From: Callorhinchus milii
Taxonomy: Eukaryota
Assembly: GCF_018977255.1 (NCBI RefSeq)
Contig: NW_024704754.1
Coordinates: 12,834,001-12,898,000 of the forward strand
Reading direction: 5' to 3'
Length of the DNA: 64,000 nt
Below the pieces are notes generated by a model that worked only from the letters and a program-made list of their open reading frames with translations, did not search any database and was not told the DNA's origin. Below are positions 11,738-24,040 of this stretch, piece by piece. A program made the position numbers and the translations under genes. The number at the start of each line of letters is the position of its first letter. The stretch's first letter is position 1.

Positions 11738-12959
11738 CCCAACCCCTCCCCCCATCCACCCAACTTGTATTCTGCACCTGTCCTTGAACCTAAATTGAAT
11801 TCACGAGCAGACATTTCTGGGTTGCAAGCGAGAAATTGCTGATAACCCTAGGGCTTTAAATTGGCAACGCAATCAAGTTGTTTACAAAATCACCGAAACA
11901 GGCACAGCAAAAAGTAAACTCTTCTTTTTAAAACAGAGTGATTTTTTTTATTGCAACAGAGTGCTTCATTACCAATTCCTTGAGGGAAAGCCTGACCTCT
12001 GGGAGTTGCAACCACTTTAGAGTGAAGCGTCGTCAATTTCGAGTCCTGGTAGCTTTCCTGGGTGGAAGACTGGGGGTTTGATTGAAACGGTTCCGTTATA
12101 GCTAGTGCTGAAAAAGGGTGACCAAAAAGTAGTGATACCATTACAGCGTCTGAAAGGAATTATGATATATTATTTGTAGATAATAGGGTAGTTATCACGA
12201 CTTTTTGGTCACCCTGTATAAGAGGCCAGGCAAGACCAGGCAGTGTACAGGACCCTTAGCAGTGAGTCATTATCAGGAGATATTAATCCACTGGCGTGGG
12301 TGGGGGGTGGGAATGGTGAATCCTTAACTCTTTCTTGCAAGGAGGAAAGTGCTTCTAAATTTGGGATTAAGAATATGAATAGTCTCTTTACAATAGCAAT
12401 ATTTCAGAAAGTTGTTATTAAAATGAACTGATCCTACATTGAAAGATTTGGAGTCACTTAAATGGAATCAAAGGGGGAAACGTGCCAGATTTCATTACAG
12501 ATTGAATGTGATAATTATTCCATACCAGCTCCTCCACTCTAATGCCAATTCTACCTTCTTTATCCATCTGAATTAAATCCAATTTTAAAGGGAACTTATT
12601 TTCGCAGCCATGGCTCAGACTAGATGGGCTGGAAACGCATCAGATGCTCAGTTTCAGCTGTAAACAGGAAATGTACATGGGTGTGTTGTAGTGCAGGCCA
12701 TTGAACCATGAAGGGATGGGTGCCAGAGGCATGAACTAATGGCACGCAGATAGTTTTCATTTAGAAATGCAAATGAAATATCAAAACAGAAAACTTTGAC
12801 TACCCCAAAATTTATTATTAGTAATGTAATATATTATTAGTATTTTAAGGCATTTCAATTAGGTTGCAGCCACCCTTCTGCTCATTTGCCTCTAAGTAGG
12901 AGCGAATATCATGACCCGATTGGACATTTAAATAATAACAATGAACAAGAAGACTACTT

Positions 12960-13060
12960 AAATAATAATACCTGCATTTGATGTAGCACCTTATCATGTC
13001 TTCGAGATGACTCAAATCACTGCACAGAATATACTGTAAAGTGAATTAATTGTATATTAC
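12960..13060 (-). mobile_element. SINE 3' tail fragment
   Basis: aataataacctgcatttgatgtagcaccttatc..cacagaatatactgtaaagtgaatt. Confidence 0.8.
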
Positions 13061-13984
13061 CAATTGGACAATCAGAACAAATGTCTGATTGTTACATTTT
13101 GAATTAGGAGAAACATTCTCTCACTGAAGATTAAGGTTACAAAGAATGGGGACAGAAGGAACATGAATTGGATTATTCCTATTTCAATTTTACCAAGTTT
13201 ATTGATCACAAGAGAGGTTTGGACAAAGGCCTTTTAGTCAATTTGTTCTTACCCTTTTCCCCTCTCACTCCCCTTTATCTTCCCCATCATACCAAACTCA
13301 GGCGCCCAGTCAGTAGCATAGAGCTTCAAAGGTGCTTTATTGTATTGTTAATTAAATTGTATCCTTCCAAAACACCCACCTTGACGTCCTCCCACCACAG
13401 CATCAAACTGCTTTCTAAATAAGCCCCGTGTCCTGGCCTCAACCACCCTTCTCAGTTATCTATTCCAGTTCTTAATTACTCCCTGGGTAAAGAAATACTT
13501 CGCAATGTCTCTCCTGAAATTGCTCTTGGCTACCCTAAATCTATGCCCACTTGTTGATAAATTCACTTTGAAGCATTCTTAAAGTTGGTTTGGCTTATAA
13601 CAGAATTTAACTCAAAATCGATGCACTTGCCAAGTTATTAGATTTCCTCATATCTTCTGATTTTTTTCCTAAAGAAACTCCAAAAATCTATTTCACAATT
13701 GCCTTATCAGGTTGCACATGCACAGTTAGCTTCTAGTTGGCAAGTTACCATGGTGTCTGGCCCACACTGCAATAGGAGCACAACCTATAGCACTACCAAC
13801 TATCATGTTGTAGAGTATTGCTCCGAGAAGGGCAATTTTGAACAATGAACAGGAAGACTAGTTACCTTATCATCATTCCTGAGAATTTTTATTTTTGAAA
13901 AGATCTGAAATTCAACCTAAAGAAGTAACTTATGTCTCACAGGTAATTCCAATCTAGTGTATTGACTACTTGCACTGGCAAGGT

Positions 13985-14250
13985 CCCACAATCAGGAGGA
14001 TCGTTGGCAAACATACTGGGAGAAACTTCTTTCTCTCTTCAAGGATCTTTACTGTCGGCTGAACAACAGACAGGCATCTTTAGTTAACATCTATAACAAT
14101 GACAGTGCCTCTGATATTGCAGCACTCCACCCAGCACTGCACTGCATTGTCAGGCTAGACTATAAGATCACATCCTGACTTGGGACTTGATTCCCCCCAA
14201 CCACTGACTCACCCAGAGGTGAGAATGCTCCCAACTGAGCTGAGCTGACA
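13985..14250 (-). mobile_element. Old tRNA-headed Deu-domain SINE
   Basis: ggatctttac..ttaacatct..gcagcactcc..cagcactgcactg..tgggacttga..agaggtgagaatgctcccaactgagc. Confidence 0.7.
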
Positions 14251-15492
14251 TTATTAATTTACACATATTACAGCCATTTCCAATTTTACTGTCATTCACT
14301 TTGAATGTTTTTTTTACAGGACTGTATTTTGAAAAGAGCATTAAGTTGAGTCTATGTACGCAGTTTAGATAATTTCCCATTGTTGTTTTTTGTTCTGCTT
14401 TACTGGTATAGAGAGAAAGAGAGAGGGAATTTTTTTCTCTTTCAGCCTACTTCCAGCGAGGGCCACTCAGCAGGGAGTTTTGTGATTTGTGGTCTGATCA
14501 ACAAAGTCATGTTTGCACATGCATTATGTACAGTGGAACCTTCTCATTGTCACACTCAATGTATAAGCTAAATTTATAATAGTCTGGGTAAAGCATTAAG
14601 CAGATGTGTTAGAAAAATAAGCAGAAGAAGTGTGACAACGGGAATAAAATGAACAAAGGAGAAATAGAAGCAGATGGACTGTAAGGAGGTCAATGGAGAG
14701 GTGAAAGAAGGTTTAAGTAATGTTAAACCCAGAATGAAAAGATTACTTCCCCCGAGGATCTAGTGGACAAAGATACTTAACGGGATAGAATAGAATAATA
14801 CCAAACAATATTTTCAGCAGTACCACAAGAGATCATAGGATCGGGGCTGTGAAAGGTATGTCTGTGATAGACACCAGGAAGTACTTTGTACATTGAATGA
14901 CTGGTCTGCACTGGTTCCTGCAGTAAGCTGTCTGGCCATACAATGCTTCAATGACTTCCTTCACTAATTAATTTCTCAGACACACCATTTGTGAGATATT
15001 TGGTAATATGCACAAATCTAGTAAAATTAAACAGACCAAGAAAATGTCACAATTTACAGAGAGCTCTTTAGGCTCTTTCTCCTCTACTCCTCTCTTCACC
15101 TACAAATTACAGTCATTACATTTTACAGTAAATCCTGCAAAGCGCTTTTAGATGTCCCCCTGATGTGAAAGGCACTATATTAAATCCAAAGATAATTATT
15201 ATTATAAACTTGCCAGTGCAGTTACTACTCTATTACTTACCATCAGTTCAATACAAATACTTATGAAGATTTATTTTCTGAATATTTCCAGAAAACCTCT
15301 GCTAGATACAACTGGAGTTTTTCAAACCTAAAGATCTAATACAAAAGTTAACTTTCCTCTTGTATCTGGAATAACTCTGTCTGAACGAAATTGAGATCAG
15401 TTCAAAACTCAACAGACTCAGCGCTGCAGAAGTCTAGAGATTTCCTTTTGTTATGTTGATTTTCGAGCAGAAATTATTTTTGCCTTAAGGAC

Positions 15493-15785
15493 AATAATAA
15501 ATCATAATAATCCTTGCATTTGATTAGTGTCTTATCACATTACTGAGACATCTCAAAGGGATTCACAGGATATACCATACAGTGAAGTAGTGAAACTGTG
15601 TGTATTTTGTGGGCAAATGCAGCAGCCAATTTGTGCACAGCCATATCCCACAAACAGCCATGGAGTGAATGACCAGCTGGCTAGTACTGAAGGATAAACT
15701 CCCTTCTCTTTCTAATGGTGCAATGGGATCTTTAATGTTCAATTGCATTGGCAGATGGGACCTCGGTTTGACATCTCATCCGAAA
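15493..15785 (-). mobile_element. Deu-domain SINE, 3' two-thirds
   Basis: Tail plus gcagccaatttgtgcacagc..cccacaaacag and atgggatctttaatgttc..cctcggtttgacatctcatccgaaag. Confidence 0.8.
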
Positions 15786-15859
15786 GCAAGCAAGATGCCA
15801 AACTTAGGCCTTATAGTGCTCTGGACAGACTGCACTTGGAGTATTACATACTGTGACAT

Positions 15860-16130
15860 TAGGGGGCTGCCAAGGCGCTAGAGACAAGTGCAGAGGAAAA
15901 CAACGAGGCTGATCCCCAGTATTGGAGGTTTGATCAACAATTGGACAAATTAGGGCTCTTCAGTAATGAGAGAAGATGATTCAGAGGGTAACTCGTAGAG
16001 GTGTATACAATTTTAAATAGGATTGAATCAGATCAGTATTTTAGGGTACATGAAGACAGTAGAACAAGAGGACATAGAGGTGTTCTCAAAAGATAAGATT
16101 GGTTGTGCCAAAAGGCTTTCTTCGTATAAA
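15860..16130 (+). mobile_element. Old CR1 ORF2 C-terminal fragment
   Basis: caagtgcagaggaaaacaacgaggctgatccc..ttagggctcttcag..agaacaagaggacat (QR.ATRLIP, LGLFS, RTRGH motifs). Confidence 0.7.
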
Positions 16131-16731
16131 CCAATTTAATGATCTTAAGATCTTGTGACCTCCAGCAATGCAGCATACCCAAGCACTGCATTGAAGCACA
16201 GGCTAAACTGTGTGAGTTATACAAATGCTGGTTATAGAAGTATGGAATGCATAGGTTTGGAAAGGGTCATTTCAGTGCATCATATCAATCTCAGAGTAAA
16301 ATAAACCCTGAAAATAAAATCATATACTGTTGCTCCGTTTACATCTTCACCAAATTGCTATCTAAATTCCTCTTGAATTTGTTGATACAATCTGCCTACC
16401 CCACCTCACTGTGGGTGAGGTGGGGTAGGCAGATTGTAATTACTTTAATTTCATGCAAAGTAATTAAATGTGAATGTTTATTTACCTTTTTTTCTGAGTT
16501 CAAGCCCAAGTCCCCTCATAGATTTGTTTTTAACCATGTTAAATGTATTGGATTATTAGGGTTCAGTTAATTGTTACCATTTAGGATCTTGAAAATTTTC
16601 AATAAGATCTCTCCTGTGCCAACAACAACAGCAACTTGCGTTTAAATAGCGTCCTTCACACGGGGTAGTGTCCTGGGCCGTCTATTTTCCAGTCTGAACA
16701 TTCTCAACTACCATCACTACTGTCATAACAA

Positions 16732-17046
16732 CAGGGCCTCCCTATTATAACATAGTGTCTGTCTTGTGTGAAAAAAATTAGACGCTGCATTGTAATAGGT
16801 TCCCAAAATGAAAAATGCGCTGGCCCCACTTCCATGTCATCAGGGCACCATTAAGGTCACTTCCGGCTGCCAGCAGATACGTGCAGGAAGCTGGTGAGTC
16901 AGCTGATACCATTCCTGCAAGCATTTCTGGAGCTGGAAACAAGAGTGGTCATGACACGTGAGTAGGAATCCAGCCAGTCAGCACCAGAAACCGGAGGAGT
17001 GAACTTGCAAACTTATCAGCAAACTCACACTGTAGTGAGGGCCTTA
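16732..17046. mobile_element. Putative Tc1/pogo-type MITE relic with central palindrome
   Basis: Ends cagggcctccctattataac and tgtagtgagggccttata are imperfect inverted repeats; internal tgcaggaa/ttcctgca and ttccggct/agctggaa inverted pairs. Confidence 0.4.
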
Positions 17047-17461
17047 TAAAGGGAACAGTTTGAATCAATCTAGATGCCCTTCACTGCTGCAGTATCTAAC
17101 TGAACAGGCATATTTTATTATATCTGTTGAGTAATGAGGATGACAACCATTTGGTAATTAATGAATGTGTATAAGTTTATATTTAGGCCTATTTTAGCAC
17201 AATATTTGGATTAGGAACAATTGAGCTCACGTTTGTGAGTCTTTGCATTGTTGATGAAAGACCATACACACATGTTCATTAACATTTATATTACCATCCA
17301 GCAAACTAAAGACTTATGATTAGTCACTGTGACATGTCAGCAACAGTATGCATTTTACCTGCACCTCAAAGCTGGATAGTTCAAATTGTATTTCTTTTAC
17401 ACAGAGACGAGTGAATACATGGAGTAGATTGCCTAGAGAGAGGCAGACTATAAATGGCTAT

Positions 17462-17745
17462 CCTTTGATTGAGATGTCAAACCGAGATTCCGTCTGCCTG
17501 TTCAGGTGGCCGTTAAAGATCGCAAGATACTATTCAAAAAGAGAAGGGAGTTTCTCTGCATGTCCTGGTCAATAAACCTCCAGCTAAAATCGATCATTCA
17601 CTTCATGACTGTTTGTGGGAGTTGGCAGTCACTTTCACCTTCAAAGTGCACAGACACTACTACACTTTACACCATATCCTGTGAAGTGTTTTGAGATGTC
17701 CTCTTGATGTGAAAGGTGCTAAACCAAATGCAAGGTTTATTAGAT
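17462..17745 (+). mobile_element. Deu-domain SINE, 5'-truncated
   Basis: gagatgtcaaaccgagattccgtctgcctgttcaggtggccgttaaagatcgca..ctgtttgtggga..gtgaaaggtgct..aaatgcaagg. Confidence 0.85.
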
Positions 17746-18711
17746 GATAATAACCGGTGATATCATATGCCATAATGTTGACCCCAAATGTTCTTAAAGC
17801 TAAAGACCATGAGTATTCAGGCGGGCAGGTCCTTCTCAAATTTCTTACGGTCAGAGTATATTTATTTAGCGTTTGATTCCAACTCAGTTCTTTGTGATAA
17901 CTTTGAGGAAATAGTAACTCTTTATTGCTTTATTGCAAAAGAAATGTTGCACATCTTTCATCACTGAGCTGAATGTTTCTTTTGTCAAAGGTAAAGACCG
18001 AAAGGTGCAGGGCAGTAGCGGAAAGCACAACAGCAGGGCCTCTCCTTTTGTTAAACATTTATAGCTAAAATTACAAAAGCGGTCTATATTTTTTTTAAAT
18101 TGGAGAGTTAAAAGCTGTGCATTGTCATAGCTGTCAGAGAATTGGCTCTTTGATCTACTCAGTATGGCAGAGCATTTACAGATAAAAGATATGTATGAAT
18201 CACCCTTTGGCCACAGTTAGTAATACAAGACCGCTTGAACACACAGTCAGTTCAGATCTTCTTAAGCAGTCTTTCCATTCAAACTGTGGAAAGAAGATTT
18301 TCTCTTTTTTCCGGTTGTTTGTTTTCAGAAAGAGACCACAATAGATGTAAAAAATGTAGACAATGGAGAACGGCACAAAGATTGCATTCTCTGGTACCAT
18401 GTTGCTCACCAGCTTTACATTGATAGCTGCAATCCCAACCAGCGTGTTGTTGTTCGGAGGTCACTCTCAGGGAGGTTTCAACATGCTGGATTACAGAGTA
18501 ATGGGATGGGGGTCTGACTCTGCAATTCCTCAATCAATCCTGATTTCAATCAATTCACTGCTGGCATTTCCCATCCAAGTGGCAAGTACTTCCCTCAGAA
18601 AGGAGACGTAGATAGAGGACCCCATCTGTTACTTCTATTTTAAAGGGGTTCTTTCATTTGTTCTATCAGTCATGCTTCCCACTAACGTTCCCTTGACTTT
18701 TTTTTCCTGCT

Positions 18712-18947
18712 ACAATAACAAAAAATGACACTTTTATAGTGCCTTTAACGTCAGGAGGACGTCCCACATATACCCACTTCGAGATCCTCCTCTTCGACTA
18801 TGCTTTCAATCTCTCTGCTTTCCCCCCTGCCCTCCACCCTCCCCCACCCCGACCCTCAACTCGGGTCCATAACTCTGTCAGTCCAGCACCTTGGGACATC
18901 CTCCTGACGTGAAAGGCACTATACAAATATAATTTTGTTGTTGTTGT
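18712..18947. mobile_element. Two L2 3' fragments in opposite orientation (- 18712-18767, + 18775-18947)
   Basis: tagtgcctttaacgtcaggaggacgtccca versus tgggacatcctcctgacgtgaaaggcacta(ttg)n. Confidence 0.8.
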
Positions 18948-19099
18948 CAAGGTCACTGATCAAAAAGAATATGAGGAGGCAATTTCAAGAAAGTAGGAAG
19001 TACCAGGAAGTATTTCTTTATACAAAAGGTTAATATACACCTGTAATGGGTTAATAGGAAGCATGATTGAGGCTAGGAAAGATTTAAGAGACAGTTTGT

Positions 19100-19333
19100 G
19101 GCCCAAAATTCCACCTAATGTTATCCTTTCAAGATGTTTAGGGCACTTGGTTCTAAAATGTAAGATGCTGCAGAATTGTGGAACTTTCTTCAATTCAGAC
19201 TTAATTTGGAAGACTTTTTAAGAAATGTAGAAAACCGGCTTTAAGACTGAATTTGAGAATTTTCCACAACTCTGCGATATCTTAAATTGCAAGACAAAAT
19301 GGTCCTAGGTTAAGATTGGTGTAATTTCAGACC
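19100..19333. mobile_element. Palindromic MITE relic (Harbinger-like termini)
   Basis: TIR-like ggcccaaaattccacc / ggtgtaatttcagacc; 44-bp internal inverted arms at 19161-19204 and 19241-19284. Confidence 0.6.
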
Positions 19334-20565
19334 TTAGATATTATAATGGAGGACAGTGGAGTTTGTATTTGTTGTGCCTTGGTCCATTGAATATGATTGA
19401 CCCTATGCTGTCTGGCCGTATTCTTGTAGATTGGGTCAAGAAATTAAATTCCAATTTTGTTCGCTGTGAAATCCTCCTCATCTTCACTTTAGCCAAGTCC
19501 TCCTCTTCCTCACCTCCTCACTGTTGCTGGAGTGCCGGGGGTGGGGGATTCAACGGTGACTGAAATAGGGTAAGTGCAGAACCACCAAGAGTTCAGTGGA
19601 CTTCTTCATGCAGAGTATAAGAAAGGCTGAGATGGAACTTTAATGCACAAACCTTATCAGAGGACTTTGGCATCCAACCCTCAAGTTAAGCCAGTCCCAT
19701 TAGAGAGTAAGAAGGAAAGGGAAAAGTTGACACAAAAGTCGTTGCGTCACAAACTTGACACTATCTGCCAGAGGAGACCAAACATTCACAAGCACTATGG
19801 TAAATAGCGTGTGGACTGTATGGAAGTCATATAAAGTTTTCAAAAAAAAACATAAATTTGTCGGAAACAGATTAACAAACCCGTACGGGTGGCAACGACA
19901 ATAGTGAAAGACAATAAACAAAAGGTCCAAACCACAACACTGAAGCCCAGAGGCACCGACAAAAACAAACACTCACATTGCCTCATTAAATGATTGCTGC
20001 TGAGGAGATCCAGCGACTCCATCAGGAAGAAAGTATTTCCCCAGAGTCTCAGCAGTCTGGCAAATGTGAACGTTTTTTCAAAATATTTCCCTGCAGAGTA
20101 ATAGTTTGAAAGCACTGTTCGTAACATTTGCCTTCCCCAGCTTGCTAATGTTAGCTTGTAAAGTCATTAATTGACATGGATAAAGCCGTCTGCTCATGTT
20201 CCTCAGATGTCATTAGAACAATGTAAATTACTCTCTCAGTTGGCATCTGCAAGAGACCTGGAATTGCTATGCATGTGTTGTCTAAAGTATTCCAAGCCTT
20301 TCATCTCCTCAGATACTTGGTTTCATCCAGTAATGTCCAATCCATTCCTGATGCTATAAGGCATTTCAGATAAGTGCAGGGGGCAGGAGCATGGGGATGT
20401 TGACTTCACTGGTGAATGGAAACTATCAATAGCCATTGCAACTGTGCCAGCCAGTAAAGAGAGTTTACACAGTTGGCAAGATGACAACACAAATTAACAA
20501 TAAATTACATTTCTATAGTGCCTTAATGTCAGGAGGACATCCCAAGACCCTTTACTTTTCATGTG

Positions 20566-20740
20566 ATAACAATAATAATACTTGCATTTGATACAGCGCC
20601 TTATCAGGTTTTCGAGATGTTTCAAAGCGCTTCACAGAATATACTGTAAAGTGAATTGACTGTATATTTTGTGGGCGAATCGCGGCAGTCAATTGCACAC
20701 AGCAGTGTCCCACAAACAGTCGTGGATTGAGTGACCAATT
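20566..20740 (-). mobile_element. 5'-truncated young SINE, preceded by an L2 tail at 20495-20550
   Basis: Near-consensus tail and Deu end gcagtgtcccacaaacagtcgtggattgagtgacc. Confidence 0.9.
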
Positions 20741-21262
20741 TGGAAATGCAGAGGGTACAGGTAGAATGTAGGGCTGGAGAAGATGCATTGGATTACAATT
20801 TTCCTATTGCATAGGGAGAGGAAAGATGGATGAGGATCAATTCAGAACAATATATTTGTGTCTGTTCTTAGTATCCTGCATTAATGTGGCCAACGCATCT
20901 CTTTTAATTCATCCCAACACTACCACTGATTTGGTAATCAAAGTCAACTAACCTCCTCTGCCTGACTCAGGTTGCACCCTTCTGCTCCAGGGCAGTTTTT
21001 ATGCTGAAAGTATACGCCCTGAGTATTGATAAATCTCAAAAACGGATACCATTTCTCTACCATCAATTTTTCACCTACAGGCTACAACTGCAGTCGGAGA
21101 TTTCCCTCCGAGTTCCATTTGAATGCTCTTTGAAGCATCAAATGAGATGAACATTTACTTAGGAGTTATTGCACAACTGATAAACAGGTACAGAGTGCAT
21201 TTATCATAAAAGGCAATAGGTCCTGAGGAACTGGTGCAAGGAGAGAATGCAGACGCATTTAA

Positions 21263-21292
21263 CACGTGCTGTTGCTATGGCAAGTTGCTAAG
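21263..21292. promoter_or_regulatory. Candidate E-box plus RFX X-box cluster
   Basis: CACGTG at 21263-21268, GTTGCTATGGCAAG at 21271-21284 and a further GTTGCTAAG half-site, in unique sequence. Confidence 0.35.
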
Positions 21293-23682
21293 TCTCAGCA
21301 GACCCACTGGATGTAATCCTATACCAGTCCCTGACCCACATTCATTATGTAAATGTTGATTCACGTTAACATCGAATAACGTGACAAGATTTATGGTTAA
21401 ACAATTGATACTGAATTTAAGATCACAATGTGAATTTTTAAGGGTGCAATAAAGTTAACCGACACTAAAGATATGTTGATAATCCTTTCATTTGATATAG
21501 CACCTATAATGTTATGTGGTAACAGCATTTGATAATGTTTCCAAACACTTCATAAAGTTTCTGCAAAGTGCAGTCACTGCATAATTTGTAGGCAAACGCA
21601 GCAGCTAATTTGTCCTTGGCTTCAATGTTTAGTCAATGTAATAATTACCACTGGTGATATCATAAATTCTGCAATTTTGACTCCTATACAGAACATATTG
21701 TGGGTGGATAATAGGCTAACTTTTCATCTCTGGTTTCAGATCCAATCCACCCTAAACGAATGTGATGAAAGCTTCAGAAGAAATAGGAATGTGCAGGACC
21801 ACAAAGGCCCATCTGGCCAGCTCATTTTCAAATACCATCTCGTCCTCTCTGGAAACAACTCTTCCTCTCGCCCACCACCAACTCTACCTTCCATCAAAAA
21901 CTCTCTGCTAGTTGTAAACGGACCTTGTGCAGTGAGTATAATAATAATAATAATAAGATGGTATTTGAGTATAATTTCTATTTCTATTTCTATATAATCT
22001 ATTTCCTAGAGAGTTTGGAGTTATTGCATGACACAGACATGTGGAAATAAGGATATTGTAGATTCCAGAGGAAAAATAGAGGAAATAGGATTAAAAGATC
22101 TGTCATGAACTATTAAACTGGCAGAAAATACTTGATCTGCTAAATGACCTCATCCTGTTACTATGTCCTGAAACAGTTTACCATTAGACACTGAGTAAGT
22201 CAGCAATTCAGGGTAAATTGGCAATTAAAGGTATAAGAGTCTGTCAAGGTCAGATTATGTGTCTCTGTACGGAAAAGTCTTCTATGAGTGGGGATTGGAG
22301 GGAGAGATCATCTGAAATCACCATATGAATGGCTGGTGTGGGAAATGGAAATCTCCCATTGCAGTAGATGGCACTCTTCTGGGGAACACTTCTGCTCTAG
22401 GGGGTAATTAGGAATCTGTGATATCTTACACACTCGTCTGAATGCAGAATCTCAGAGTCTGGGCTATAACGAAGCTCAGAAAATGGTAATCAGATTGACA
22501 TGACATCACTTCCTGCATTCTATGCACGAGAAGTGCTGCTGACATTAAGTTATTTCCTTCATGAGATGATGTCAGTAGCACTTCCTACATATAGCAAAGG
22601 CACAGGAATGATACAAACAGTGACTTGAAGGCCTAGAAGTCAATTATTTGTAGCCTTGTATAGGCCTCCAACACAGCAGAACCACATTCTAAATGAACCA
22701 GGGCATGTTCTATATATATTATATATATATATTGGTATCTTTCCTTCGGTATGCTTATGATTATGGTGCTTGTCCTTCGAAATGAATGAGATTGCATTGA
22801 CTGACGCGAAGGATACCATCAACGCCAGTGTATGACAGGAAGTAACAAGAATGGATACTGTTGGGAGTGTTGACAAACACCAATGTCCTGGAGAGCTTAA
22901 AGAATGACATAAACTAGAAAGGCAAAGCTCAAGCGAATCATAACCCTCGCCTGAACCTCTCAATGAAATTTGAAATTAGTCTTGTGTATCGTATTCCTTG
23001 TGTAATAAACTCTGTGACACTCTTGGGGGTAACTTCTATTCTGGTTTGAGTCACGTGGGCGTCAACACAGTTGGTACATTGGCTGATGGACTACTAATGT
23101 AATTGTGGTCAATTTATTGAGTAGTAATGAACAGCTGACTCCTGGATAAGTACTTTAGGAAAACATTTCAGGAAGAGAGCAGAAGAATGGGATTAGAATC
23201 AATAACTCCAGTAGAGTAGCTAGCACTAGTCCAGATTTGATGGGTCAAATGACCACATTCTGTGCTCCAAGTATTCTATAAAACTGGATTACAGAGAAGG
23301 TCAGGAGAGATCCTATTGAAGGTTATAGATAAACTGAACCCTAATAACATTTTTAACATAGCAATAAACTCTAGAATAATGGAACACAGACTTGAGTTCA
23401 GAAGTTGCAAGGGAAACAGCTCTGATATAATTGTATTACACAAAGAATATGTGGAAAGGTCTATCCAAAGAAGCAGTAAAGGCCACTACTGTCAGTATAT
23501 GTAAGAGAGAAATCAATTGAAGGGTATGAGAGAAAACAGCAAGGTAGGATTACATCTTTCTTTGGGATCAGCCACATTGACCACAATTAACTTTTTTGCT
23601 CCTATCCTATCTTATATTCTTATATAGCAAGCCAGCTTGTAAAGGACACCTTATAGAAAGGACACGGAATGAAGTACAGATG

Positions 23683-24040
23683 TAATAATAATAATAATTT
23701 TTTCATTTGATATAGCGCCTTATCATATCTTTGAGACGTCACAAAGCGCTTCACAGAATATACTGTAAAGTGAGTGGGTGAAACGCGGCAGCCAATTACG
23801 CACAGCAGTGTCCCACAAACAGTCATGGATTGACTGACCAACCTATTATTATTATTTTTGAAGGAATTATTACCCCCAGAAAAGCGATCTGCCAATCAAC
23901 TAACAACCGGGTTCCTACTTACTGCTAGGTAAACAGAGGCATGTGGAGTAAGGAAACTTGCCCAACGTTTCGCCCTGCCAGGAATTGAACCTAGGTCTCT
24001 CGCTTGCGAGGCAAGTGCTCTAACCACTGAGCTACAGGAC
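23683..24040 (-). mobile_element. Full-length young SINE, long form
   Basis: Reverse complement of the 4033 copy from gtcctgtagctcagtggttagagc to (tat)n. Confidence 0.93.

Noticed and set aside
12616-12631. 16-mer cagactagatgggctg shared with 28789-28804
   Set aside because: Flanks do not align; it resembles a CR1 3' UTR word or is a chance match
18462-18510. HSQGGFNMLDY as a glucagon-family peptide
   Set aside because: No preceding dibasic site, spacing is off by one residue and there is no downstream similarity
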